From: Epiperipatus broadwayi
Lineage: Eukaryota; Animalia; Onychophora
Reading direction: 5' to 3'
DNA: 64,000 nt
Assembly (NCBI GenBank): GCA_028023455.1
Contig: JAQFVV010000002.1
Coordinates: 25,606,001-25,670,000 of the forward strand
The notes beneath the pieces were generated by a model that worked only from the letters and a program-made list of their open reading frames with translations, was not told where the DNA came from and searched no databases. Shown piece after piece: positions 26,046 to 39,504 of this stretch; the stretch's first letter is position 1, and every line of letters begins with the position of its first letter. A program made the translations under genes and the position numbers.

Positions 26046-26909
26046 AAATATAATGAGGAAAGTAAGAATCAAAATTTTTTCTACTGTAAGATGTAGTGTT
26101 AATGAATATTCAAACAATCCAAATCCATTAATCAGTATTTCATAAGGCAGCATTTTCAACTCACATTTTAACAGATAATCATTTATATACTAACTGATAT
26201 TTTTTATTATCAATTATGAATCCTAGAATGCCATTAGCTAAAACCATAAGTATGGAATTAATGATTTTTATTTTTCTTATGCTACTTAATTGGATTGATC
26301 ATTACAATTATAGAAGAAAAACTGCTGCTATTGATTTTATTTATTATTTAACTGGATTTGGTTATAGATGTACTTTTTTCTATTTAATGGAAATTTGCTG
26401 GGTAAACAGAAAGAATAGGGCTTTCAATGAAAAATTTGTTAAGCTGAAGATACTAATGTGAATAAGCCACACAATTTGAAAAAATTTTCAAAACATCTCA
26501 GTTATTTATTATTTATGAAATCTTTGATAATTACCAGAACCTTATCCACATAAGTATGAATTCCTTTTTTCTGAGGGCTGCAATAACTATGCTCATGATA
26601 AGATTTGCAATTTCTGTCAGATTTGAATCAGTATGAATAGCCACCAGAGTTGAGGAAAAGGAAAAGTCCTGCGTAATATTTTTTGTTGCTTAAAAGATTG
26701 GAAAAAGTCTGAGAAGTATTGTTTTTCTGCATCCATTATCTTGTTTCTTTAATTCCGAAATCCCATGGAAGTATATTCTATTTCTTTAATGAGAAACTTA
26801 AATAACAAAAAAGTAGGCATTATTTATAAATTTATTTAAATGATTTTTTGGGAATCTTGTTTGTCTTAGTAATGTATTCAGATTTGTTTGTTCCATGAAT
26901 AAGTTCTTA

Positions 26910-27077
26910 TATAAATACAATATATCCACTATTTTGAACACTTTTTAGAAAAACCCTTTATTGACCTATATTCATGCACAATCTTATGTCCCAACTACCC
27001 TGCAATCTTCTTCAGACACTGGTTCTGATGAAGACTGCAGGACAGTGTTCAAAGTAGTGGATAAATTGTATTTATAT
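26910..27077. mobile_element. Nested fold-back, family E, with truncated hammerhead
   Basis: Outer IR 26910-26942 / 27044-27077; inner IR 26999-27041; CTGATGA-A-GACTG-CAGGA-CAGT at 27025-27046. Confidence 0.7.
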
Positions 27078-28530
27078 AAGATATTACAGTAAAATAAAGG
27101 AAGTGGTGAATTTGGTAATATTTCTGAATAAGTTCTTCTTAGCCTTACATATTTGATAAGCCATAAAATTATTTACTTGCTTTTAAAAATCATTAGTATT
27201 TCATCTAAATAAATTTTTGAAATTGTAAGCTGCTTGGTTAATATAAAAATTGAAATCACGCTAATAAAAATCGAAATCACTGCTAATAAAAAGCTTCAGC
27301 TTTTTCAAGTATCTGCTTGATTTATTACTAGATAATAAAGCAAAAATCGGATAAAACTGATCAATTTTTATTTGACAAAATAGATTGGTATTGATATAAC
27401 AAAAAGTGGGAATTATTTACAAGTTTATTTTATTGATTCCTTGGAATCTTGTTTCGGAATTGTCTTAGTAATGTGTTTGAACTTGTATTTCCCTTGAATA
27501 GGTTTATGCTCTCTTTTTTTTTTTTTAATAGAGCCAATGTTTTTCAAGTGTTTATTTTTTTTCTGTATTTGTCATTGCAATCACAATGCCAATCCAACAT
27601 TTTTCTATTTGGATAGTTTTTTTATTATTATTATTATTTAAAACAATATACATATAATTACATATTAAATATTATAAGTAGTTTTTCATTACAGAATAAT
27701 ATTTTAGTAAATAAAGTTTGATAAATTCTAATTATAAATAATACATTTAAAAATATATAATATAGTCTAAAAAAAATTTAAAAACATTTATGGTTTCATT
27801 TTAATAAAATTACTTTTAAATTTCTTTTGTTACTGGATTTAAATCCTTATTGCTAAAATTTGTCTACTCGTATTTACTTTATTTTTATTTTTTTCCGACA
27901 AAGCTTTAAATTAGTTTAAATCTCTCCAGATTTAATCAAGTATAAGTAATTTAAACTCCATACTTTAAATAGAAGCAAAAATTTAAAATGATTTAAATTT
28001 TATTTAAAAGATTTTTAAGTGAAATAAAAAAAAAGTTTATTTAAAGAAAACACTGTACTTCTAACTAACTTATCAGTATAATTAATAATAACTCTGATTT
28101 GTTAAAAATATGAATTATATATAGGTGGGCACAATATTTGTTTTGGCTAATAATAGGTGTGGAATGATTTGAATTATAAATGAGTTATATTTATAGCATA
28201 AATGAATAATCTTTAAATTATCTTTAATTTTTAATTGGATTCTATTGTATTGTTTTCCCATATTTATCATTCATTTCCACTGGACACTTAAGAAATTATA
28301 CATTCAGACACTATAGTTGATGAAACCAAATATAAAAACAGAAAGTGCTGACTGAGATGAATTATGTTTTGCTAACATTTGAAGATTAGTATGTTCTAAA
28401 GCTTCTGCATTGGTTCTGATAAATTATTATGTCTTCCATGATAAGCTGAAATTGCACACCTGTTAATGTAAAATGAGCAATAAAAGCTCTTGTTGACATA
28501 AAGAAATGATATACATAACATAATTTTAGT

Positions 28531-28836
28531 ACAGGCAAAACTCACTATATATATTGCCATACACAGCAAGCTAGAATAATCAATGGATGCCAGAAGGCTT
28601 GTGCATAAAATCCCCATCTAGTGCCTACTCATTCAATATCCCAGATTAGTTTCTGGCCATAGCTTATGGCCAGAAACTAGTCTGTCCGTCAGTGAGGGGC
28701 CTTGGATCTGAGAAACTAGTCTGGGAATATTGGATGAGTAGGCACTAGATGGGGATTTTATGCACAAAGCCTTCTGGCATCCATTGATTACTCTAGCTTG
28801 CTGTGTGTGGCAATATATATAGTGAGTTTTGCCTGT
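28531..28836. mobile_element. Fold-back element, family D
   Basis: Arms 28531-28654 / 28711-28836; inner mini-hairpin 28648-28679; GAAACTAGTC at 28673-28682 and 28712-28721. Confidence 0.88.
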
Positions 28837-30226
28837 TTTAACAACAGTTATACACAAGCATAAGAGGTGGTGGTCATGTGATGCTTATAATTTTAGTACC
28901 AGTTTAGCTTCAATTGTGACAATGTTTTCAATTGTTTGGTCATTAGGTAATAAATCTATAGACTCCTAACAATCATGGACATTATTTGGTTGTTACCATA
29001 TATTAAAATATTGCTTAATTTAACTATTTTAGAAATTCAGTAAGGAATTGACAATTACATATTTCATGAATTTATGTATACATAATGCAATATTTGAAAA
29101 AGCTCTTAGCAGTTTGAGATTGTCAAATTTCTTTAATATATATTGAAGGAAGATAGACCATAGTTGGGATAGTTTTGAACATTGCAATCATTTTCAAAAT
29201 AAAAATTTAAAGTTATTTCATATTGCACTGTTCATCTGATTTCTAGTGAAAATATGATCATCTTTATCATAATGTATAGATGCATCCTTATTATGTTTCT
29301 ACATGTTAATATTTCAATATCTTCTTGGACTATATTATATTGTTTTTGTATTGACATTTGAGCATATTGATAATGGAATATCATAAGGTTATTAGAGATT
29401 TTGCATGATTTATAGGAAATATGATTAATGCATTTAAGAAAACCAACCATTCTTGCCTGAAAATTTGATGCAAATCTAAGCATAAAATTAATAATAAAGA
29501 TTTTAGAAAAAAATCATTAGTGATTAAATACAAGTCATAGGGAATGTTTGTTCTAATGTGTGTAAGATAATTTATTATATTATGAATGAAAAAACTAATA
29601 GATAGAATATTAATAAGATTTTAAGATATGTCCAGAAATTAGATGAGAATTCAGTGTGATGTTTCAGAAATAATGAAATGCTGTTTGAAAAAAAAAATTT
29701 AGATAGGTTAAAGAAGAATCCATGTTGTGAGAGAATATATTGTGAGAGAATATATATCGTTTAATTGTATTTAGAAAATATTACTTTTAGAAATTGAAAT
29801 TAACTATAATAATATAAGGAGAGATTAGATTAATTGATAAAATTCTAATTAATTGATTGTGTTCACAATAATTTTCTCATTTTGATATAAAATAAATTGT
29901 TTAAACAAACATTTTTTACTTGATATATAATTTAATATGTTGACAACTGTTTCTAATGATTTGAAGCATATATATATAAATATGGATAGGCAACTTTCAG
30001 CGAGCCTCAGCTTTCAGACATTTTCAAAATATATATATAAAATGATTCTACATAAAACTTGTATTTAAACACATGGATAGTGTAAATATTGAATAAAAAG
30101 TTAAGTAAAATAAAATATTTATTATTTTCTCAATGATTTCTTTTCTTCTCTCTCATTTTTAAATAGTAATATTATTTTCTTCTTCTTCTTCCTCTTCTTA
30201 TGTATTGATTTCTATTTTTACATATC

Positions 30227-30368
30227 ATACCATTTACAATTTTTTTTAAACACTTCAACAATACTATTTTTTATCAAAACTTTATTCTGCAGGACAGTCG
30301 AAACTGTAAGAATAAAGTTTAATAAAAAATAGTATTGTTGAAGTGTTTAAGAAAGTTGTAAATGGTAT
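30227..30368. mobile_element. Fold-back, family E, inside the hAT 5' region
   Basis: Arms 30227-30288 / 30309-30368; loop GCAGGACAGTCGAAACTGTA is the 3' half of the family E hammerhead. Confidence 0.8.
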
Positions 30369-31748
30369 ATATTTTTTAAGTCATAATTCATTCTATCAGA
30401 GGGGCAATATTCCAACAAATCATGTGTATTATACAGGTAGTCTATTTAACTATGGATTTAATCTATGATGCTGAGGGCATTTTATTTACATTATAATGCT
30501 TTTTGCAGATGAACATTGTTCATGTGATTATGTGATGTTTATTGAACATTGTTTACTAATAAAAGTAGAACTCAAATTTTACCCCTTTTTTTTAATTATT
30601 ATTTTGTATTTAATTTTTTTATTAGGATGGCTACATTGAATAAGATAAGAAAAATTGACAGAAATTCATGCATTTCAAAAGTAGTGGACCAATATATATA
30701 TATATTTAGAAAAAAATAGTAAACCTATGTGCCTGATATGTCTAGAAAGTATTTCGGGTAATAAGGAACACAATATTAAGAGGTACTACTCAATAAAACA
30801 TTCTGATTATGACAAAATTGTTAGGGAAGTAAGAAATATTAAAATATAGAAAACGAAAAGCAGGTTAATCAAACAGTAGACATATTTTACAAAAAATACA
30901 AACAAATCAGGAAATTCTATGAAAGCAAATTATATTATTTAAAAAAAAAAAATCCAAATCATTTTATGAATAGGTATTTGTAAAAGACGGCATCCTAACT
31001 GCTGTAGAATTAATATGCTCTGATCATAAAAAGAAATTTGAGAATATAAGTATATAATAAAGAACAATTACAAAGCTAATTGAAGAATTATCAGTAAATA
31101 TGGAACAGTTGCTGATACAAAAAATTACCTATTTAGAAATAGTATTTCTAGTGTTTGATGAAAGTATAGATCTTCCAGGCATTGTTTAACCCTTCAATTT
31201 TTATTAGAGAAATTGATCAAAACTTTAATATCACTAGGGAAATGTTATATTTTATCCAACTTGAGACAATGATAATGAATAACAACATTTTTTATAAATT
31301 AAATGAGGTAATATTAAATTTCAACCTTGGGTACCATAATTTGTTGGGAATATTCACTGATGGAGCCAAGTAGATGATTGCAAAGAACAAGGACATTTTA
31401 GAGCATTTCAACAATGACAGAAATGAAAGTGAATTCAAAGAAAAATTTCTTGTCCATTGCGTAACTTACCAAAAAATTTATGTTCTAAAATTATTAACAT
31501 GGTGAATGTAATGACTGTTGTGGTTAAGTGCTTAAATGAAATTAAATCAAATCAATGCTTGGTCATGAAAATTTTTTAAATTTCTAGATTTTGAAGCCAA
31601 TTATGAGGATTTCACATATTATTGCAGAATCTGTTGCCTTTTGAAAAGAGCCATCTTAAAAAGATTTTTTGAATTAAAAGATGAGGTGAAGCTCTTATAG
31701 AAAATAAAGAAGATACCATTTCAGAACTGATTTACAAAGAATGGTTAT

Positions 31749-32531
31749 ATTTACTAAGGCTGTAACCTCAAGAATGTGCACATAAAATGCAATAGTAGGG
31801 ACCTCTACAGGTCTTAACCACAAGCTTAGGTTTAGGAAGAAAAGAGGGGAATCCCTTCTTTATTCAACCTACTTTCTATATAAATAGGTGAAGCTGAAGC
31901 GGTTAGATCTGAGAGCGTGTAGCTATTCAATACTTCACTGATTCAGTCTACATTTCTTATTACACATTAATACTCGCCAAATCTTTCAATTTACAATGAG
32001 TCAATGGAAAGATCTTATAGTTAGAAATCTACTACAATAATTTAAGTTGTAATTATAAATTTATTTAAACACACATTGATTACATAAGTAATATTTACTA
32101 AGGCTGTAACCTCAAGAATGTGTGCATAAAAATGCGATAGTAGGGATCTCTACAGGTCTTAACCACAAGCTTACGTTTAGGAAGAAAAGAGGGGAACCCC
32201 TTCTTTACTTCAACCTACTTTCTATATAAATAGGTGAAGCTGTAAATCGAAAGAAAGATTTCACGAGTATTAATGTGTAATAAGAAATGTGGACTTAAAT
32301 CAGTGAAGTATTGAAAAGTTTCACGCTCTCAGATCTAACCGCTTCAGCTTTACCTATTTATATAGAAAGTAGGTTGAAGTAAAGAAGGGGTTCCCTCTTT
32401 TCTTCCTAAATGTAAGATTGTGGTTAAGACCCATAGAGGTCCCTACTATCACATTTTTAAGCGCACATTCTTGAGGTTACAGCCTCAGTAAATATTACTT
32501 ACGTAATCAATGTGCATTTAAATAAATTTAT
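31749..32531. mobile_element. Insertion of the 346-bp tandem unit with 5' inversion and 13-bp target site duplication
   Basis: AAAGAATGGTTAT at 31736-31748 and 32532-32544; about 1.4 units minus (31749-32242) then about 0.85 unit plus. The hAT frame (KEWLCDL) resumes across the duplication. Confidence 0.88.
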
Positions 32532-34247
32532 AAAGAATGGTTATGTGATTTGTATTTTCTCAGTGATATAAGTACTTATTTGAATGATCTAAATATAAAA
32601 TTACAAAAAAAAAAACCAACTAGAAAACAATTTATATGTGCATGTTCATGTCTTTCAAGAAAAATTGAAACTTTTTCAAAACCAGTTAAATAATAATAAT
32701 TTCATCAATTTTCAACATTTACCACTATTTTTAATAATACTTATCCCAAACAAAAATACATTCATATTTTAATAAAAGTGCACAATGAATCTCAAAAAAA
32801 GTTCTCCATATTTCAAAAGCAAAAATCTCTTTTGAAATAATTCCTTAAAAATACCAGATTGAGATTATTGTATTCCAAGAGAAAACAAATTTAAAAATGA
32901 AATTTATGGAATTATCTAATACTGAATTTTTAAAAACTTGGATTCTCAAGAATTTCCCAACATATTAATTACTCAGGACTGTATATAAGTGTGAACAATT
33001 TTTCTTAAAAATAACATTCATCAAACAAAGCAAAATTTGGAGTACACCTTGCATCTCTCTACTACTAAAATCAAACCGGAAGTATATTCTTTATCAAAAA
33101 ATAAGTGATGGCAAATGTCACATTAAATTCTTTATCATATTAATATTTTTTTGTTTTTATTATGGATAATGATTAATGTTTTATGAATTTTTGTTTATGT
33201 TATAATATGTAATAGTAAACATAAATAAATAATACTAATGTTGCTTTATTTTTAATTCACAAAAACTTTATGGCTCTTGTTCAAAAAGAGGAAGTTGAAA
33301 TTGGCCTATGTGTTGAAAAGGTTGACCACCCCTGTATGTTTATATTGATTAAAATAGAAATTCTTTTTGCAGGATGATTGTTTTCAAAGAAAATAGAATA
33401 CTAATAATTATACAAACTCTTTGCATTAGTGCATAATTAAATTTTGTTTCAGTGATTGTAGCACATCAAAGACTATTCTTCTATAGAAATTAACAAATTT
33501 GCGAACTTTGGGTGCTGCATTAAAATCTTTTGCATCCAGTGCCACAAAATTTACGATCATTATTTATTACTAATCACAAGACCTAAAAATTTACTTACAT
33601 CTGAAGGACTGCTTCTTTTTCTTTCAGTATATATTTTTGAGAACTTTGTTTTATCTGGAATAATCTTTTTTTTTTTTTTCAGCTTAAAATATATTATCTT
33701 CTTTTTCAGTAGAATAATCCTAATGGTGATAACCCATTGGTGGCAAAAACTTGATTCTATTTTTGACAAGAGCTGATACCAAGGAAACAGTGAAATAAAT
33801 AAAAAAAACACATAGTACTCTCTACATCTTCAATTAACATACCTTTGACTTGATCTGTGATTTATATCCTGATATATTTTATTTATTACCTACACACTAA
33901 TAATAATTTTTATTAAAATAAAATTCTCAAAAATTGAAATCTATAATAACAATAACTAAGTTAGTAATCTTAGCTCTCTATGTGTGTGTACAAATCATTC
34001 TGGAAGATGGTAATATCAGTGTTAAATGCTTTGGCGGAAATATTTCTGTTGAATGTTTTTCATACAGAAGTGATAAAAATCAATAATTTTAATATAAAAG
34101 AAAAAGAAGAAAATATATATATATACTTTTTTATTTAAGTTAAAAATTCTAATCTTATTATTTTTAATATGTGTTCAAATTACTATTCACTTGTTAAACA
34201 CAACAATCATTTAATAAATATATATATAATATGAATTATACTTTCAG

Positions 34248-34434
34248 GTAAAGCCTGTGTAGGACTTTGTATAGATAATATGCAGAGGGTTCAAGAGCTT
34301 TCTCCCCTTGAGATTGTGGAGATGTTTGTTACGGTCTTCTGTTTTCTTAAAGATTCGAGTGAGGTCTCTCAGTCCTTGATGGATGATTTCCGCACTAGTC
34401 AGGGCTACATTTTTCTTTCTGAATTTCTACTCAG
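34248..34434 (+). CDS. WDFY3: WDFY3 coding exon (not in ORF track)
   Basis: tttcAG acceptor, GTAATA donor, phase 1 to 2. SKACVGLCIDNMQRVQELSPLEIVEMFVTVFCFLKDSSEVSQSLMDDFRTSQGYIFLSEFLLR. Confidence 0.96.
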
Positions 34435-35899
34435 GTAATAGATTTTAAATCATTCTATAATGGAATTTTAAAAAAGTATTATTATTATCATCGTTTTTTA
34501 AATTTATAAATCATTAAATTTATATATTAATGATAAAATTCTAAATTAGAGAAAATTAAGATATCAAACAACAGAAAATCTAAAAGAAATATATTTATTT
34601 CATATTTTAGTGATCTAAATTTAATTTTAATAAATGGTTGAAAATAATTTCTAAAACTAGCATTAAAAATCAACAATTGTAGAGTGAATCTGATGATACA
34701 TCAATTAAATTTTTTATACAAACATTAATATATTTTATTAAATATTATATTTATATTCTATATATGGGTACTATTGAACCATCTTAGTTTAACTTCAAAC
34801 CTGAAATTATTCCTAAAAAAAAAAAAAAAAAATGTTTTGTTAGTTTATTTATTTTTATATTGTTTTGAAAAATCAAATGATTCATATTATTGATAATACA
34901 GCATAATATAAAATGATACGACATTCGTGATTTTTTAGTTTTAATTTTTTTAAAAGAAAGTGTATTAAATTATATATTGTAATAAACTTAATATTTTATT
35001 ATTAGGTTTGGATAGATTAAAATACATAGTGATAGATTTATTATTAATCTTTTATTAATATTTATTAATTTTATTCCATTACTGATTTTCCAGTAATAGT
35101 TGATTAATTCATTTTTATACCATTGCAATATATATATATATACAATGGTATGATATTTATAAATCATCTGTGAGTTTATATTAATTTTAGATTTGTAAAC
35201 AACTAAAAAGAGATATAAATCAGTTTTGACAGATAAACAAATATACCTTATACTTCTTCAAGATGTAATTTCCCATTTCTTATCTAAGTCAGTTACAATA
35301 ACTGATTATAACTTGGGCATGTGTAGGAGCAATGAATGTTGTTTTTTATATAATTATTGAACATTTTAAATATGATCAGCATTTCATATAATTTTTCAAT
35401 CCATCATCATTATTTTTTATTGATTTGTTTTCAAATTTAATACCTGAAAATAATAAATTTACGATCATATTACTTTAAGGAAAAAGAAAAATTTTTTTTT
35501 GAATTGTTGCAGTTTTTCCCCCAATAAATGTGATAGAATATTATAATCATAACTTCAATTTAGTTTTGTTATAACTAATAATTTCACAATTAATGCTCAT
35601 CCACTTTTTCAAAAATATTTTTCATTGTTTTAATTTACTTATTTTATTCCTCTTGGTTTGTTTTTTGATTCCCTAAAAGTTTGGTGTTTTATTCAAAACA
35701 TATATCGTCCAGCAAAAGTCTTTTTTAAGGTCTTTTCTCCATTGATTCTTTATTTTCTAATTTTATCATTTCTGAATAATCATTTAATTTGTTTTCTAAA
35801 TATTTAAAACAAAAGAAACTACATATGTTTTGTTAGTCAGTTATCCCCATAGTTATTTTGTTTATACATAACATTTGTAACCGATATTTTTGCACTGCA

Positions 35900-37000
35900 G
35901 GATAAAGATCTCACCAAGAAAATCCAGTTTCTCTAATTCATAACTTTTCCACTTCACTCATTTTTATCTCATATCTATCTCACATGTAATTTCTTTCTAA
36001 GTTACAATCTTTTGGGATCCATTTTAAGACTTTATCTGTCTATTAGTTTTCATCCATTCTAGTGGCATGACTAATCCAACTTTGTTTCAGCCTCTTAAAT
36101 TTTTCAGCAATGTATACCTACAATATTCCCAACCTACATCTCTTCATCTTGTACTGTGTAATCTGAAATCTTCATATTATTTTCTATTTTCATCCAAATC
36201 TTAAATCCACATCTAAGCACTGATAAGTATTATTTATTAAAAATCTTTCAAACTCATGGGCATAGTTTCTTTCAGTGGTAAGTTACTTTTATGAGAAGTA
36301 CTTTTTTCAAGTTTAATTCTATGATTAATTTGTTGATTATGTGATTTTATTTGTATTATCAATCCAGGCAAGGTAATTACAATTGTTAACTTTTAAGTCG
36401 ATTCCTGTCACTTTTTTTTTTTCTGCAAGATCATTCTACATTACTTTAGAGGTTTTTTTTTAGTACATCTCTTAAAGTTTCTATTTTTTTGGCATCATCT
36501 GATAGATTTTATAATATTTTGGGAAACTCGGAAATATTATTTGATAAAAACAACCATAGGAAAATCAACACGATTCAAGTAACTTACATTTTATTGCATT
36601 AGCTTCCTATTTTAATCTGTAAAATACTTGCTTAAAATTGCTGTAAAATATTTAGGAGATAGGTATTCATCATTGTTAATTCTCTTGACATCAGCATCAT
36701 TCAAAAGAATCCAGAACAATAGAATTTTTTTTGTGCTATGATATTGGTTGATAATTTTAACAATTTACAAATTGGATTAGAAAATTCAAATTTTTTTATA
36801 AGCTTCTTCCAGCAAGCAAAAAATATTTTGTGATTTATTTATTTTTGGAGATTCATCTATTTTTTACTTTGACTTATAAATCTTTCATTGTTATTTCTAG
36901 TTGGATTTTTTTTTATTTTGCACAAAATATACTATCAACTTTTTTAAATATATTTTCATGAATATTTTCAGAGATTTCACTAAAACAACTTAAAAAATAT
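35900..37000 (-). mobile_element. Third, heavily decayed copy of the RTE family
   Basis: Minus strand resembles ISPK.FTA and the KRLK.SW..H..R.D...KW.PKDC regions of the 16-17 kb copy. Confidence 0.7.
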
Positions 37001-37609
37001 CTAATGTTAAAATAGTAGAGAAAATAACACCACAACCAATCATTATATTAAAGAAAATAATACAGTCATGAATGTACATTATAATATCATGTGTGTGTGG
37101 CGTATCTGGTATATCAAGCAGTAATTGCACTATACATTATTATAACTAATCAGAAATGCACATCTTTAGCACATTTAAATTGGTAAGATAATAGAAAATC
37201 ATATCCACTTCTGAATGGTTACATTTTTTATAAATTGCAGTTATTGTTTGTTATGTATATTTATTCTAAGAATTGAGATATTTTCCTGTTCATATGGGTT
37301 TATAAGTGGAAAAGAAGTTGTCTTTTATTTAGATAGTATATGTTTGATGTGATAACGGTGACTGAAATTGTTACATTAGTTTGTGTGTGAGTTGTTTTGC
37401 ATTTTAAAATCGAATAATAGGCTCCCATAATACATAAACAAGGGTTTGTGCCAGTAGTTCTATCATGTTGATCAAATGTTCAAACCTTTGTCCCATTATG
37501 GTAGGAAGGGAATGTTCTGATTTTTTTTTTTACCTGTACGTTAGCTTTTAATATTTTATAATTATATTATATTAATTTTAATAAACTCATAAATAAATCA
37601 TGCTTATTA

Positions 37610-38345
37610 AATATCCAATGTTTAGAATATATAAATTTATTTGTGAACCAAGTAAATCCCAACAAATTACTATAATTCACAATTCACATTTTTAAAGAAT
37701 CATTTTAACAAACTTGTAAATAATGCTCATTCTCTCTCATTAATGACAATTCATTGGGCAAATAAAAAAATGATCATTTTTATTTGATTCCCCAAGTTCT
37801 TGAATTAAGCGTCAATATTATAAAAAAAGCATGAAATTTTTATTTTAGCAGTGAATCAATTACAGTTTTAAATAACAAAGCAGATCAAATTCTAATATTA
37901 TTAATAAGTCTATTAATTAATCACTGTTATGAAATATGTAATGTTTAGAATATATAAACTTACCCATGGACCAAGTAAGTCAGAATACATTATTATAATT
38001 CATAAGTCACATTCCTAAAGAAGCATTTTAATAAGCTTGTAAATAACACCCATTCTCTCACATTTATGTCTATTCATTAATTATTTGAAACTGTAAGCTT
38101 GGTTTGATTAATAATTACAATATTGATGGTAATATGAAAGTTCCATAACTTGGTCTTGTTTATGCTCATTTAATTTACCATTTAAGAATTTGGAGATAGA
38201 AAAAAGTCCTTATTTTTTATCTTACCAATGAATTACATTAATGTAAGAAAGCAGGCATTGTTTATAAGTTTGTTAAAATGATTCTTTAGGAAATTGATTT
38301 GTGAATTATAATATGATATTCAGATTTATTCATTTTGTGAATCAC
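37610..38345. repeat. Unclassified dispersed AT-rich repeat family (about 130-150 bp core), here in tandem
   Basis: Core ...gcattatttacaagtttatttaaatgattctttaggaa... is at 12541-12680, about 21935-22010, 26805-26905, 27366-27500 and 38240-38345, and inverted at 37620-37790 and 37945-38075. Confidence 0.6.
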
Positions 38346-38773
38346 TTTACCTACATACAGAAATAAGATGATTTTATTATCCAGAATAATATTTTAATTT
38401 TATTAATTATAAAGATGTGGATAGGTGACTTGATTCATTCTTTATCAAGAAATACAATAGATATTTATGAAAAGAAATTAAGGATTTAAAATTTTAAATG
38501 GGAACAGTTGAAAATCTATAAGAAAACTAAATAGAATAAGAGTATCTTTGCTAATTTTTTTTTAATCTATAAAGAGTATCTGAAAGAGGCCAAAATTCTC
38601 AAAACTACTTATTGATTGTTCTCAACATTTTTCAAAATTGTAGCACATTTTTGATTATAAATTTTGTTTGATTATTTTAATCAAACATGTTTACAAGATA
38701 GCATCATTTTAATTTCATAATCAAGATTTAAAAATAGTAATAAAATAAATGTTTACAAACTATTTATACCTAG

Positions 38774-38935
38774 ATTGCTTATAACGCTTCTTTCATATAC
38801 ACTTCAATGCAAACAAATTTTCTTAAAAACTTCTTTATTTTCCTTACAGTTTCGACTGTCCAGCAGTCTTCATCAGAGCTCTAATCTTCTTCTCTGCTTT
38901 AATTAAGTGTATATGAAAGAAGTGTTATAAGCAAT
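38774..38935. mobile_element. Family E element: 31-bp IRs around a minus-strand hammerhead
   Basis: IR 38774-38804 / 38905-38935; minus strand 38880-38845 reads AGCT-CTGATGA-A-GACTG-CTGGA-CAGTC-GAAA-CTGT-A-AG. Confidence 0.8.
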
Positions 38936-39504
38936 ATATATATATGATTATATGAAGATATGCAAAGAAAGTGAAAGAGAAGAATAAGAAACTATTTATA
39001 CCCCAAACTATACTTTAATAAGACATAACATGTAATAAACAAAAATGAGCTCAATCATAAATTGAATATTTTAATCAAAAGTATGTTCACAAATGTAAAC
39101 CAAGTAATAATATTCATTAATTGGAATCATTTTAGAAATGAATTTAATAGACTTTTGAAAAAGAATTTCAATATACATTAGTTTTACATTAATTCCAGCC
39201 AAACCAAATATGATAAAGCTATTTTTTAAAAAAAATTGATTTCACATTTTATTTAATTAAATATTTGTGTAGTTCGTGAATGATATAATGCTGTGTTCTG
39301 CTGCTTTTTATTTTATGTTATTTTTCAGCAATGCTATTTTTGTTATTATAATTAATAATTATATTAATATTAATATTTATTATTGCTTTTTTTTTTTTGT
39401 AAGTAGATTAAGAAGGAAATATGAATTTTATTCATTTATTTAAGCTTTTTTTAATTACTTTTCCCATCTCATTTTTTTCTTTTTTCTTTTTTGTGAATAC
39501 TCAG

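Larger units (their letters stand above)
29980..33334 (+). mobile_element. Decayed hAT (SPIN/Buster, GTF2IRD2-like) DNA transposon
   Basis: Pseudo-ORF about 30627-33126: KPMCLICLESISGNKEHNIKRY, GIFTDGA, HC, LKRFFELKDEV, KEWLCDLYFLSDI..LNDLNIKLQ. Right TIR ...AAGGTTGACCACCCCTG ends at 33334; left end uncertain. Confidence 0.85.
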
